Below are positions 19,379-29,125 of a stretch of DNA of 64,000 nucleotides, in pieces. The first letter of the stretch is position 1. Every line of letters starts with the position of its first letter. Origin of the DNA: Myxococcota bacterium (lineage in GTDB: Bacteria; Myxococcota_A; UBA9160; JAFDDA01); assembly GCA_965228475.1 (NCBI GenBank), contig OZ245817.1:192001-256000 (forward strand), written 5' to 3'. The notes under the pieces were generated by a model. It saw only the letters and a list, made by a program, of their open reading frames with translations. It had not been told where the DNA came from and made no database searches. The position numbers and the translations under genes were made by a program.

Positions 19379-19708
19379 ATGGCCCTTCGCCCGCTAGAGC
19401 CCCGGTCCGCCCAGCGGACCACCCGCCACACGAGCTGCGAGCTCGAGATCGCCGGCAAGAGCTACACCGGCGTGATCGTCGACCACTCGGCCACGGGCAT
19501 GTTCGTCCGCACGAACGTGCAGCCGGTCGAGGGCGCGCCGGTGTCCGTTCTCGTGCGCCGGCCCGGCGGCGAGGTCTGGGAGATCGCCGCCCGGGTAGCC
19601 CGCACGGCCACGCGCCCGAAGCAGCCGACCCCGCGCCGCGGCGTCGGCCTCGTGATCGAAGAAGCGCCCCACGCCTACCACGTCTTCGTCAGCACGATCC
19701 CGAAGTGA
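19379..19708 (+). CDS. PilZ domain protein
   Basis: RSAQR (RxxxR) and DHSATG (DxSxxG) c-di-GMP-binding motifs. Confidence 0.75.
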   Translation: MALRPLEPRSAQRTTRHTSCELEIAGKSYTGVIVDHSATGMFVRTNVQPVEGAPVSVLVRRPGGEVWEIAARVARTATRPKQPTPRRGVGLVIEEAPHAYHVFVSTIPK

Positions 19709-19742
19709 CGCCGCCTCAACCGTTCCTACTAGCGCGGGAAGG

Positions 19743-22073
19743 CTAGGTGCGGGATCGCGCTTGAGCGCGAGCTCTGAGCAACGCGCGAACCTGCGAATAC
19801 AGCTGAACCTCAGCCTCGGATTGGTCTTCGATGACGATCACAAGCGCGTAGGGCTCCTCCGTGTCATCGCTCGCCCAATCTGTTTGCTGACTAGTAACGA
19901 CAACAAAATAGGGCTTCTGATCAGCGCCTCGGTTCACTTGCTTCAGTCGCTTGGAAGCCGCTTGCACCGTTCCACCCTTCCGGTAGTTCGGGCTGGGAAA
20001 GAAACCCTGCGTCTCGGGGATCGGCTCTTCGACTTCGTTCTTCTTGAGTCGCCGATACGCTTGTGTCACATCTTCGATGCTCTGTGCCCTGACTATTCGA
20101 AACTGAAGCGCGGTCTCCTTGTAGTCGATTCTAGTCCTTCGGACTCTGGGCATGTGTGAGAGCGCGACGGATATTCTCCGTTGTCTGCGTGCAGGCGCCG
20201 CGAAGAAGTCGTCTGGCATCGGGACTTCGTAGAAGTGGTGACGTTCAGCCCCGATTCGTTCCTCTGCGACCATCGTGACCCGATTCTCCGACGAGAAGCG
20301 ACTCTCCTCCAGCCTAGGCACGCCGTATCCGACTAGTCTCGTGACCTTCTTCGGATCGCCAGACAACAGGCCAAGAGTCGCTTCAGGAACCTCGGCGTGT
20401 GCAACGAGAAGCGCTCGAAGGAGGTTCGCAGATGCGGTCGGATACTCCGCAAGCAGTCGGCCTGCGAGGTTCGACACTTTACCGGCCGCCTGACTCGTCC
20501 CGAGGTCGACCGCGAAGAGATTCCCGGTCGCAAACTCAAAGGACGTGCTCACCTCTCCAAGTTCCGTGCCTGGGCTTCGAACATCGGGAGACTGGCGCGT
20601 GTCAACGTAGAAGTTTCCACCATACTCAACGAGTTCAGGCTTGATTGCCCCGCGAGGGCCGGGGCCGGAGCGAGAGAAGGGCGACGGCTCTCCCCGCCGG
20701 GCTACCGGTTGATAGGCTGGGTCTTTCGGGTACCGAATCGCCATGTGGGAGCCCTCGTGCCGCGCGAGGCTTCCGATGGTGAGGGCATTCAGGGCCGGCG
20801 CAGGGTCAATCAACCGGGCGGAATCCCGCAGAAGGTATTCGGGGTAGTCGCCTCTCCATCGTTTGGGCTCACTGTCCGTGCCCCTGAAGTTCCCGGCGGA
20901 CACGATGAAGAGCACCCCGTACTCCCGGGACAGTGCATCGAGTGTCGCAGCCAGCCTGTCGACGTGGCCGTCCTGATAGACTCGACTCTCGTCGCCGAAA
21001 GACAGATTGAATACCCGACATCCATAGTTCTCGGTGAAATAGACGACGGCTTCCTCGATCCGCTTCTCGAGGAGGCTCGAAGGATCTCCGAGCGGCGAGT
21101 CCGAAATCCTCCCGCTGAAGAGCCAGCACTCGGCCGAGAGGGAACTCGCTGCGAGCCCTTCTTCGATGCTCCCATAGAGAGCAAGACCCCCAATATGGGT
21201 CCCATGCCCCGTGAAGTCTTCCGCGTCGCCGGAATCGGAGAAGCCTTGGGCGTCGCCGATCGAGTTCTCGAATAGGGGATGGTTGGTAGCGATCCCTGAA
21301 TCGAGAAGGACGACTCCCGGTGCGCCGTCTGCGGGCGGTTCGGGGCTGGGAAGCTCCGAGCTGTCAATTCGGAGGAGCGTGAAGTCGAGTTGGTAGCGCG
21401 GTGGCAGGTCTACAGTTCGGACGTCCCGCATCTTCAGGACCCGGGCCAGGCCTTCGGTGCGGAGCTGAACTCGGAGCAGGACGATGGCGGAGTTGTTTAC
21501 TTCATCGAGGATATTGATCGCTTCTGTTCGGCACCACTCCCGAAAATTCTCGAGCATACGAGTTCGTTCGGGGATCAGATCGAGGGGCCACAGCTCGACG
21601 TCTACTGAGAACGCCTCGTCTTTGGGGGGTGAGAACGACGTGAGGGCCGGGCCTGTTCGGTCCTCCGGGCTGACATCATCAAAGCGCTGAATCGCCCATA
21701 GGATCTCCTTTCGGGTAGCCCCTCCTGTCGCTGCCACCTGATCCAGTCTCTTCTTGAACTCAGCGAGCCCGTCCGCCGTCGCAAAGAGGATGGTGATTTT
21801 CTTTCCAGACTCTTCACTGACCACCTTGAGACCAGGGATCTTCTCGAGATCCTGGGGTTGGATTCCTTCGATGGTCAGTTTAAGGAGTCGGCGTGGGTCG
21901 AATCCCGGAATCTCTTCTTCGCTAGGGTTGGTCTTTTCTTCGAGTTCTCTAGCTAGCCGCTTCCCGTGTGCCTTCGGGTCCGAAGGCGGTCCTCCGCCAA
22001 AGCCTCGTGGTCGTCGCCGCTCGTTCGTCCGCTCAGCACGGGCGATGTCGAGATGTTGGAATCGCTCGGCCAC
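19743..22073 (-). CDS. ietS: S8 (subtilisin-like) serine protease, IetS/y4bN-like
   Basis: Catalytic triad contexts LLDSGI, GHGTHIGG and GTSQAAG; PSPFSRSGPG...IKPELVEYGGN; immediately downstream of an AAA ATPase; low GC. Confidence 0.85.
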   Translation of the reverse strand: MAERFQHLDIARAERTNERRRPRGFGGGPPSDPKAHGKRLARELEEKTNPSEEEIPGFDPRRLLKLTIEGIQPQDLEKIPGLKVVSEESGKKITILFATADGLAEFKKRLDQVAATGGATRKEILWAIQRFDDVSPEDRTGPALTSFSPPKDEAFSVDVELWPLDLIPERTRMLENFREWCRTEAINILDEVNNSAIVLLRVQLRTEGLARVLKMRDVRTVDLPPRYQLDFTLLRIDSSELPSPEPPADGAPGVVLLDSGIATNHPLFENSIGDAQGFSDSGDAEDFTGHGTHIGGLALYGSIEEGLAASSLSAECWLFSGRISDSPLGDPSSLLEKRIEEAVVYFTENYGCRVFNLSFGDESRVYQDGHVDRLAATLDALSREYGVLFIVSAGNFRGTDSEPKRWRGDYPEYLLRDSARLIDPAPALNALTIGSLARHEGSHMAIRYPKDPAYQPVARRGEPSPFSRSGPGPRGAIKPELVEYGGNFYVDTRQSPDVRSPGTELGEVSTSFEFATGNLFAVDLGTSQAAGKVSNLAGRLLAEYPTASANLLRALLVAHAEVPEATLGLLSGDPKKVTRLVGYGVPRLEESRFSSENRVTMVAEERIGAERHHFYEVPMPDDFFAAPARRQRRISVALSHMPRVRRTRIDYKETALQFRIVRAQSIEDVTQAYRRLKKNEVEEPIPETQGFFPSPNYRKGGTVQAASKRLKQVNRGADQKPYFVVVTSQQTDWASDDTEEPYALVIVIEDQSEAEVQLYSQVRALLRARAQARSRT

Positions 22074-22085
22074 CCTTAGTCGACC

Positions 22086-23081
22086 TCATCCGTCTTGCGT
22101 GACCGATCCAACCAACTCTCGGCGCTTCTCCTCGCGGGCAAGCGCCGACTCGAGATGCGCTGCGAGAAGGAAGTCGCGCCCGGCCAGTGCCATCGACTTT
22201 ATGCCTCGAACCAAGACGCGTTCGATGTCAGCATGAGCCATGCCCGAGAACCCTGAAGCAACATCTTCGACCTCGAAATCCCTCCGCACTCCACGAAGCT
22301 TGACTTCAAGGAGGCGTCGAATCTCTTCGCCATCTGGTCGCTCGAAGAAGACTACTTCGTCGAAGCGCCGCCAAAGGGCGCGGTCGAGCATTCCCTCATG
22401 ATTAGACGCTGCAAGGAGAAGGCTCGCGCCGTGGTAGCTGTCGAGCATCTGAAGAAACGAACTCACGACGCGGCGCAGCTCACCATGTTCCGTTGCATCC
22501 TCTCGCTCTTTGCCGATGGCATCGAACTCGTCGAAGAGGGCGACATATCGACCGCGCTCTAGATAGTCGAAGACCTTCCGGAGATTTGACGCCGTTTCTC
22601 CCAGGAACGAGGAAACCACGGCATCGAAGCGGATTACTACAAGCGGAAGGCCAAGTTCCGTGGCAATCACCTCGCCGGCGAGCGTCTTTCCGCACCCCGG
22701 TGGTCCACAGAAGAGCACCCTTGAAATCGGGCGGAGCCCCCAAGTTCCTAGCTGATCGCGCCGGCTCTGCTCAAGCAAGATCTCTTGAAGCAAGGCGCTG
22801 TTGGTCTCAGAAAGGACAACGTCTTCTGCGCCGCGAACCGGAGCACGAACCTCAAGAAGCGGAAGCTTTCGCTCGCCGTCGGTCGGGACAGCTGGGAGAT
22901 GGTCCTCAAGGGCACCGCTGCGTGAAACGCCGTAGAGGATGCGCTCAAGGTCGTTTGCTAGCAGGTGGTGATTCTTGGCCCGCTCTTCTTCGATTACCTT
23001 TTCTGCCACTTGACGGAACTCAACGCCACTGTTGTCGGCACCTGCTTTGATGAGTTGTCGTAGCAGTCTTCCGTGGGCCAC
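22086..23081 (-). CDS. ietA: AAA family ATPase, IetA-like
   Basis: GTG start (VAHGRLLRQLIK); Walker A GPPGCGKT, Walker B LFDEFD, SRH DRALWRRFD; N-terminal EERAKNHHLLANDL. Confidence 0.88.
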   Translation of the reverse strand: MAHGRLLRQLIKAGADNSGVEFRQVAEKVIEEERAKNHHLLANDLERILYGVSRSGALEDHLPAVPTDGERKLPLLEVRAPVRGAEDVVLSETNSALLQEILLEQSRRDQLGTWGLRPISRVLFCGPPGCGKTLAGEVIATELGLPLVVIRFDAVVSSFLGETASNLRKVFDYLERGRYVALFDEFDAIGKEREDATEHGELRRVVSSFLQMLDSYHGASLLLAASNHEGMLDRALWRRFDEVVFFERPDGEEIRRLLEVKLRGVRRDFEVEDVASGFSGMAHADIERVLVRGIKSMALAGRDFLLAAHLESALAREEKRRELVGSVTQDG

Positions 23082-23219
23082 TTGCTCGCCTCTAGTGCGT
23101 AGTATCGCCCCGTCGTGACAGTCACGGTCACGAGCCAAGTTCGGTAAACCTTGAGTAGCTTCGAATACTCGCTGGGATCCGTCAAATGATGATTCTTGCC
23201 ACTACGTCGGAGTTGCGAG

Positions 23220-24362
23220 CTACCGCAGGCTGCGAAAGCAGTCGCGGATCTCCTTCACATAGAGCTCCGGCTGCTCGAAGGCGGCGAAGTGGCCGCCGCG
23301 GTCGAGCTCGTTCCAGTGAAGGAGCTCGCCGCCGAAACGCTTCTCGGCCCAGCGCTGCGAGGTGCGGAAGATCTCCTTCGGGTAGATCGAGCAGCCGACG
23401 GGAACGTTCACCGGGTCGAAGGGCGGGGTGCGGAAGCTCTCCCAGTAGAGACGCGCCGAAGACACGGCCGTTCCGGGGAGCCAGTACATCATCACGTTGT
23501 CGAGCAGTTCGTCGCGGGAGAGGACGTTCTCGGGGTGGCCGTTGCAGTCGGTCCAGGCCCAGAACTTCTCGAGCACCCAGGCGGCCTGGCCGCTCGGGGA
23601 ATCCGTGAGCCCGTAGCCGACGGTCTGGGGCCGCGTGCTCTGCTGCTTCGAGTAGCCCGAGTCCCAATCCTGGTAGTGCTGGATCCCGGCGAGGGCGGAC
23701 TGCTCCTGCTCGGTGAGGTCGCCCATCGTCTCCGGGTCCGGCGGCGCGATCGGCATGTTCAGGTGGATGGCGGCGCAGCCCTCGGGCGCCTGGGCGCCGA
23801 TCAGCGTCGTCACCATCGCGCCCCAGTCGCCGCCCTGGGCGACCCAGCGCTCGTAGCCGAGCCGCTTCATCAGGACGCCCCAGGCGGCGGCCATGCGTCC
23901 GCAGCCCCAGCCGGTCTCCTTGGGCTTGCTCGAGTAGCCGTAGCCCGGCAGCGAGGGGCAGACGACGTGGAAGGCGTCGCTCGCGCTGCCGCCGTGGGCG
24001 GTCGGGTCCGTGAGCGGCTCGATCACCTTCTGGAACTCGACGATCGAGCCGGGCCAGCCGTGGGTGATCACGATCGGCAGCGCGTCCTCGTGCTTCGAGC
24101 GCACGTGGACGAAGTGCACGTCGATGCCGTCGATGGGCGTCTTGAACTGGGGGAAGCGGTTGAGCGCGGTCTCGCGCGCGCGCCAATCGTACTTCTCGGC
24201 CCAGTAGGCGCAGACCTCCTGGACGTAGGCGAGCGGGATGCCCTGGGACCAGTCGTCGACGAGCTCGGCCTCGGGCCAGCGCGTGTTCGCGAGGCGGCGC
24301 TGCAGGTCGTCGAGCGCTTCGTCGCTCGCGTGGATCGCAAAGGGGGTGATGGCTTCGGACAT
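23220..24362 (-). CDS. Epoxide hydrolase (EHN-type alpha/beta hydrolase)
   Basis: THGWPGS, QGGDWG and GGHFAAFEQP motifs; N-terminal EHN region (RLANTRWP). Confidence 0.92.
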   Translation of the reverse strand: MSEAITPFAIHASDEALDDLQRRLANTRWPEAELVDDWSQGIPLAYVQEVCAYWAEKYDWRARETALNRFPQFKTPIDGIDVHFVHVRSKHEDALPIVITHGWPGSIVEFQKVIEPLTDPTAHGGSASDAFHVVCPSLPGYGYSSKPKETGWGCGRMAAAWGVLMKRLGYERWVAQGGDWGAMVTTLIGAQAPEGCAAIHLNMPIAPPDPETMGDLTEQEQSALAGIQHYQDWDSGYSKQQSTRPQTVGYGLTDSPSGQAAWVLEKFWAWTDCNGHPENVLSRDELLDNVMMYWLPGTAVSSARLYWESFRTPPFDPVNVPVGCSIYPKEIFRTSQRWAEKRFGGELLHWNELDRGGHFAAFEQPELYVKEIRDCFRSLR

Positions 24363-24435
24363 GGCTCCTCCCGGGATGGCGCGCGCGCAGGTTGCCCTCG
24401 GGCGCGCAGGGCGCCCAAGGGCGCGCGGGAGCAGC

Positions 24436-25137
<702 letters not shown>

Positions 25138-25207
25138 GGGACCTCCTCGGGCGCGCCCCCGAGCATACGCCCGGGCGCGCGCCGGGAGCCCGAAGTCTGC
25201 GGCCTCG

Positions 25208-25223
25208 GGGCGGAATTCCGCCC
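25208..25223. promoter_or_regulatory. Perfect 16-bp palindrome GGGCGGAATTCCGCCC, candidate transcription-factor site
   Basis: Lies in the divergent intergenic region about 40 bp upstream of a TATGCT -10-like box (25162-25167, minus strand) of the selenoprotein gene. Confidence 0.35.
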
Positions 25224-25452
25224 GCCGCCGCCCGGCAACCGCGACGCAGTGCGCAACGCCCCCGCCGCCGGAATACCGAGCGTTGTCGGGGCCTTGTATT
25301 GGCCTGCCCACCCTGTCACACTGGCCTCACGCGTCATTCGCGAGCCCTCCGGGGCGCAGTTTCAACCCTGGACCGTCCAGGCCGCGATCCCGCCCAAGAC
25401 CCCGAAGCCGGGGCCGGACGCGGACCCGACGGGCGGAAACCGAGACGAGGAC

Positions 25453-26802
25453 ATGTCGAATACTCCCCCCAGCGCCGCCGACGTCCGGCGTCTGCTCGAA
25501 AGCCGCAAGATCGAGAAGGTCGTCGTGCTCGGTGCCAACGGCACCATGGGTTACGGCAGCGCCGCCCTGTTCACCCAGGCCGTTCCGGAAGTGACCTTCC
25601 TGGCGCGCACGAAGGAGAAGGCCGACGAGGGCCTGGCCGCCGCGATCAAGCAGGTGCGCTCGCCCACGGTGGCCTCCCGCTCGAACACGGGCTCCTACGA
25701 CGCGGATCTCGAGCGCACCGTCGCCGAGGCCGACATCATCTTCGAAGCCCTGACCGAGGACTTCGCGATCAAGCGCGAGATGTTCGACAAGGTCGAGAAG
25801 CACCGCCGCGACGATTCGATCATCGCGACGGTCACCTCGGGCCTCTCGATCAACCAGCTCTGCGAGGGGCGCAGCGAGTCGTTCCGCAAGAACTTCCTCG
25901 GGCTGCACTTCTTCAACCCGCCGAACGTGATCGTCGGAACCGAGCTCATCGCCGGCAACGAGACCGACGCCGAGGTGCTCGACTTCATCGAGGCGTTCTC
26001 CCGCGTGAAGCTCGGGCGCGAGATGATCCGCACCGCGGACACCCCGGCCTTCGCCGGCAACCGCGTCGGCTTCAAGCTGCTGAACGAGGCGGCCCAGCTC
26101 GCGGAGACGATGAGCCCGGCGCTCGTCGACCGGCTGATCGGGCCCTACACCGGCCGGGCGCTCACGCCGCTCGCGACCATCGACCTCGTCGGCTGGGACA
26201 TCCACCGCGCGATCGTCGACAACGTCTACGAGAACACGAGCGACGAAGCGCACGAGACGAACAAGCTCCCGGACTTCATGGCGAAGCTCATGGAGAAGGG
26301 CGTGCTCGGGAACAAGAGCGGTGGCGGCTTCTTCCAGCGCGGCAAGGACAAGACCCGCCTCGTGCTCGACGTCGCGACGGGCGACTACAAGCCCGAGGGC
26401 GAGATCGCGCTGCCGGACCTCGGCTACATCGACGACGTCTCGAGCCTCTACGCCGAGGGCCGCTACAAGGAAGGCATGCAGATCTTCCTGGGCGCCCAGG
26501 GCGACGAGGCGGCCATCGCCCGCAAGGTGATCGCGGGGTACATCAGCTACGCGTTCCACCGCGTGGGCGAGGTGACCGAGACCATCGACGGGATCGACCG
26601 CATCATGGGCATGGGCTTCAACTGGGCCCCGCCGAGCGTGCTGGTCGACACGATGGGCGGTGCCAAGGAAGCCGTGGCGATGATCGAGAAGGCCGGCGTG
26701 CCGGTGCCCTCGATCCTGGCCGAGGCGGCGCGCACGGGCGAGCCCAAGCGCTTCTTCACCAACCCGCTGATCAACACGGGCAAGTTCTTCGTCGCGGGTT
26801 AG
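25453..26802 (+). CDS. 3-hydroxyacyl-CoA dehydrogenase family protein
   Basis: GANGTMG, FEALTEDFAIK, GLHFFNP, DTPAFAGNR and GNKSGGGFF motifs. Confidence 0.88.
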   Translation: MSNTPPSAADVRRLLESRKIEKVVVLGANGTMGYGSAALFTQAVPEVTFLARTKEKADEGLAAAIKQVRSPTVASRSNTGSYDADLERTVAEADIIFEALTEDFAIKREMFDKVEKHRRDDSIIATVTSGLSINQLCEGRSESFRKNFLGLHFFNPPNVIVGTELIAGNETDAEVLDFIEAFSRVKLGREMIRTADTPAFAGNRVGFKLLNEAAQLAETMSPALVDRLIGPYTGRALTPLATIDLVGWDIHRAIVDNVYENTSDEAHETNKLPDFMAKLMEKGVLGNKSGGGFFQRGKDKTRLVLDVATGDYKPEGEIALPDLGYIDDVSSLYAEGRYKEGMQIFLGAQGDEAAIARKVIAGYISYAFHRVGEVTETIDGIDRIMGMGFNWAPPSVLVDTMGGAKEAVAMIEKAGVPVPSILAEAARTGEPKRFFTNPLINTGKFFVAG

Positions 26803-26857
26803 TCCCGGACTTTTCTGCTCCGGGCTCCGCCCGGCCCTTCCCTTCTAGGAGGATCTC

Positions 26858-28093
26858 ATGGCTGCTGGTTCCGAAGTCTACGTCCTGGGTGGCTATCAGA
26901 CGGACTTCTCGCGCAACTGGACGAAGGAGAGCAAGCACTTCTCCGCGCTGATGCGCGAGGGCGTGCTCGGCGCGCTCGAGGCGACGGACATCGCTCCCGA
27001 GGAGATCGAGAGCGCGCACGTCGGCAACTTCGCCGCGGAGCTCTACTGCATGCAGGGCCACCTCGGCGCGTTCTTCACCGAGGTGCACCCGGCCTTCAGC
27101 GGCCTTCCGACGGGGCGCCACGAGGCGGCCTGCGCTTCGGGCAGCATCGCGCTGCTCGCCGCGTCCGCCGAGATCGAGGCCGGCCGCTACGACCTCCAGG
27201 CCGTGGTCGGCATCGAGCAGATGAAGACCGTGTCGCCGGCCGTCGGAGGCAGCTACCTCGGCACCGCCGCCTGGTACGAGCAGGAGGCGGAGGGCATCGA
27301 GTTCCCCTTCCCGAAGCTCTTCGGCAAGCTCGGCGACGAGTACGACAAGCGCTATGGCCTGAAGGACGAGCACCTGGCCGAGATCAGCCGGCTCAACTAC
27401 GACAACGCCAAGCTGAATCCGAATGCCCAGACGCGCACCTGGTACATGAACAAGGAGCACGCGCTCTGCCGCACGGACGACAACGCCGAGGTCGGCGGGC
27501 GCATCCGCATCGCGGACTGCTCCCAGGTGACCGACGGCGCGGTGTGCGTCTTCCTGGCGTCGCGGGATTACGCCGAGAAGTACGCCAAGGGCACCGGGCA
27601 GAAGCTCGAGGACATCCCGCGCATCAAGGGCTGGGGCCACAACACGGCGCGCCTGCGCTTCGTGGACAAGGTGGCCGAGAGCGCCGGTGACCAGTACGTC
27701 CTGCCCCACGTGCGCAGCACGGTGATGTCGGCCATGAAGCGCGCCGGCATCGAGGACGTGAACGGCGTCGACGGCATCGAGACCCACGACTGCTTCACGA
27801 CCTCCGAGTACATGGCCATCGACCACTTCGGCATCACGCCCCCGGGCGAGAGCTGGAAGGCCGTCGAAGAGGGCTGGCTCGAGATCGACGGCAAGCACCC
27901 GATCAATCCGAGCGGCGGGCTGATCGGCGCCGGCCACCCGGTGGGCGCCACGGGCTGCCGCCAGCTGCTCGACGCCTACAAGCAGGTGACGGGCACCGCC
28001 GGCGACTACCAGGTTTCGGGAGCCAAGAACTTCCAGACCCTGAACATCGGCGGCAGCGGCACGACGAGCGTGAGCTTCGTCGTCGGTCGCTGA
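26858..28093 (+). CDS. Thiolase (SCP2-type, HDCF motif) acetyl-CoA acetyltransferase
   Basis: [21 protein letters not shown] and NIGG motifs. Confidence 0.9.
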   Translation: MAAGSEVYVLGGYQTDFSRNWTKESKHFSALMREGVLGALEATDIAPEEIESAHVGNFAAELYCMQGHLGAFFTEVHPAFSGLPTGRHEAACASGSIALLAASAEIEAGRYDLQAVVGIEQMKTVSPAVGGSYLGTAAWYEQEAEGIEFPFPKLFGKLGDEYDKRYGLKDEHLAEISRLNYDNAKLNPNAQTRTWYMNKEHALCRTDDNAEVGGRIRIADCSQVTDGAVCVFLASRDYAEKYAKGTGQKLEDIPRIKGWGHNTARLRFVDKVAESAGDQYVLPHVRSTVMSAMKRAGIEDVNGVDGIETHDCFTTSEYMAIDHFGITPPGESWKAVEEGWLEIDGKHPINPSGGLIGAGHPVGATGCRQLLDAYKQVTGTAGDYQVSGAKNFQTLNIGGSGTTSVSFVVGR

Positions 28094-28151
28094 GGCCCGC
28101 CGAAGGCGGAATCAGAAAGGTCGGCGGCGCTCCTGCGCCGCCTCTCCAAGA

Positions 28152-28183
28152 AAAGCGCCCGGTAGGTACCTGCCGGGCGCTTT
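28152..28183. terminator. Strong hairpin, possible terminator or RNA-processing site
   Basis: AAAGCGCCCGGTAGGT/ACCTGCCGGGCGCTTT quasi-palindrome with one G-U pair; only a short U-tract; preceded by two smaller hairpins. Confidence 0.45.
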
Positions 28184-28200
28184 CTGCATGAGGAGCCCCC

Positions 28201-29064
28201 ATGAAGATCGGTCTCATTCCCATCAACGTCGGTCCGACGAGCGCGGAGCTCGTGGTGGCCATGGCGCAGAAGTCCGAGGAGGTCGGGCTCGAATCGGTCT
28301 GGACCTTCGAGCACGCGATCGTGCCCGTCGACTACCAGTCGAAGTACCCCTACAGCGCCGACGGCAAGATGGGCGTGACGCCCGAGACGAACTTCATCGA
28401 TCCGCTGATCGCGCTCACGCTGGCGGCGGCGAAGACCGAGCGCATCCGGCTCGGGACCGGCGTGAACATCCTCTCCCAGACCAACCCGCTTCTGCTCGCG
28501 AAGCAGGCGGCGAGCCTCGACCTCGTCTCCGGCGGACGCTTCGAGCTGGGCGTCGGCATCGGCTGGCTGAAGGAGGAGTTCGAGGCCATGGGAACGCCCT
28601 TCGAGCGTCGCGGCGCCCGCTTCGACGACTACATCGCCGCCATGCGCAAGGTGTGGTCCGGCAACGTGGTCGATCACGAGAGCGACTTCCTCACGTGGAA
28701 GGGTTTCAAGAGCCACCCGACGCCGGTGCAGGACCCCTTCCCCGTGGTGATCGGTGGCAGCAAGGGGAAGGCCTTCGAGCGCATCGCGAAGTACGGCCAG
28801 GGCTGGTTCGCGCCGACGCCCTCGCCCGACGCCCTGGCCGAGATGCGCAAGCCCCTCGGCGAGGCGTGCGCGGCCGAGGGCCGGGACGTCGCCTCCGTCG
28901 AGATCAGCTGCATGTGGGTGCCCGCGATGGGGCTCGACACGCTGCGCCGCTTCGAGGATCAGGGCGTCTCGCGCCTGATCGTCCCGCTCCAGGCGCTCGG
29001 CGTGAAGGATCCGCTCGAGGGCATCGAGAAGCTCGGCAGCGAGGTCGTGGCCCAGATCGCCTGA
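28201..29064 (+). CDS. LLM class F420-dependent oxidoreductase (Rv2161c-like)
   Basis: WTFEH, LAKQAASLDLVSGGRFELGVGIGWLKEEF and PTPVQDP motifs. Confidence 0.9.
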   Translation: MKIGLIPINVGPTSAELVVAMAQKSEEVGLESVWTFEHAIVPVDYQSKYPYSADGKMGVTPETNFIDPLIALTLAAAKTERIRLGTGVNILSQTNPLLLAKQAASLDLVSGGRFELGVGIGWLKEEFEAMGTPFERRGARFDDYIAAMRKVWSGNVVDHESDFLTWKGFKSHPTPVQDPFPVVIGGSKGKAFERIAKYGQGWFAPTPSPDALAEMRKPLGEACAAEGRDVASVEISCMWVPAMGLDTLRRFEDQGVSRLIVPLQALGVKDPLEGIEKLGSEVVAQIA

Positions 29065-29125
29065 TCCACCGAATGTGGCGTCGGCTCGCGACGGTGGCCG
29101 AAGGGAAGCCGACCGGAGCCGTCGT

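Larger units (their letters stand above)
19743..23219. mobile_element. Low-GC horizontally acquired islet carrying the ATPase-protease pair
   Basis: Hand-counted lines give 28/60 (19861) and 34/60 (22201) GC, against 42/60 in a background line (1021); boundaries are abrupt; no mobility gene seen. Confidence 0.6.

Noticed and set aside
19709..23230. att sites or target duplication flanking the low-GC islet
   Set aside because: No convincing direct repeat, tRNA or integrase is visible at either boundary.
28091..28109. Thiolase UGA followed by a hairpin as a second Sec site
   Set aside because: The protein is already complete at its normal C-terminus (VSFVVGR), and no conserved-looking extension follows.
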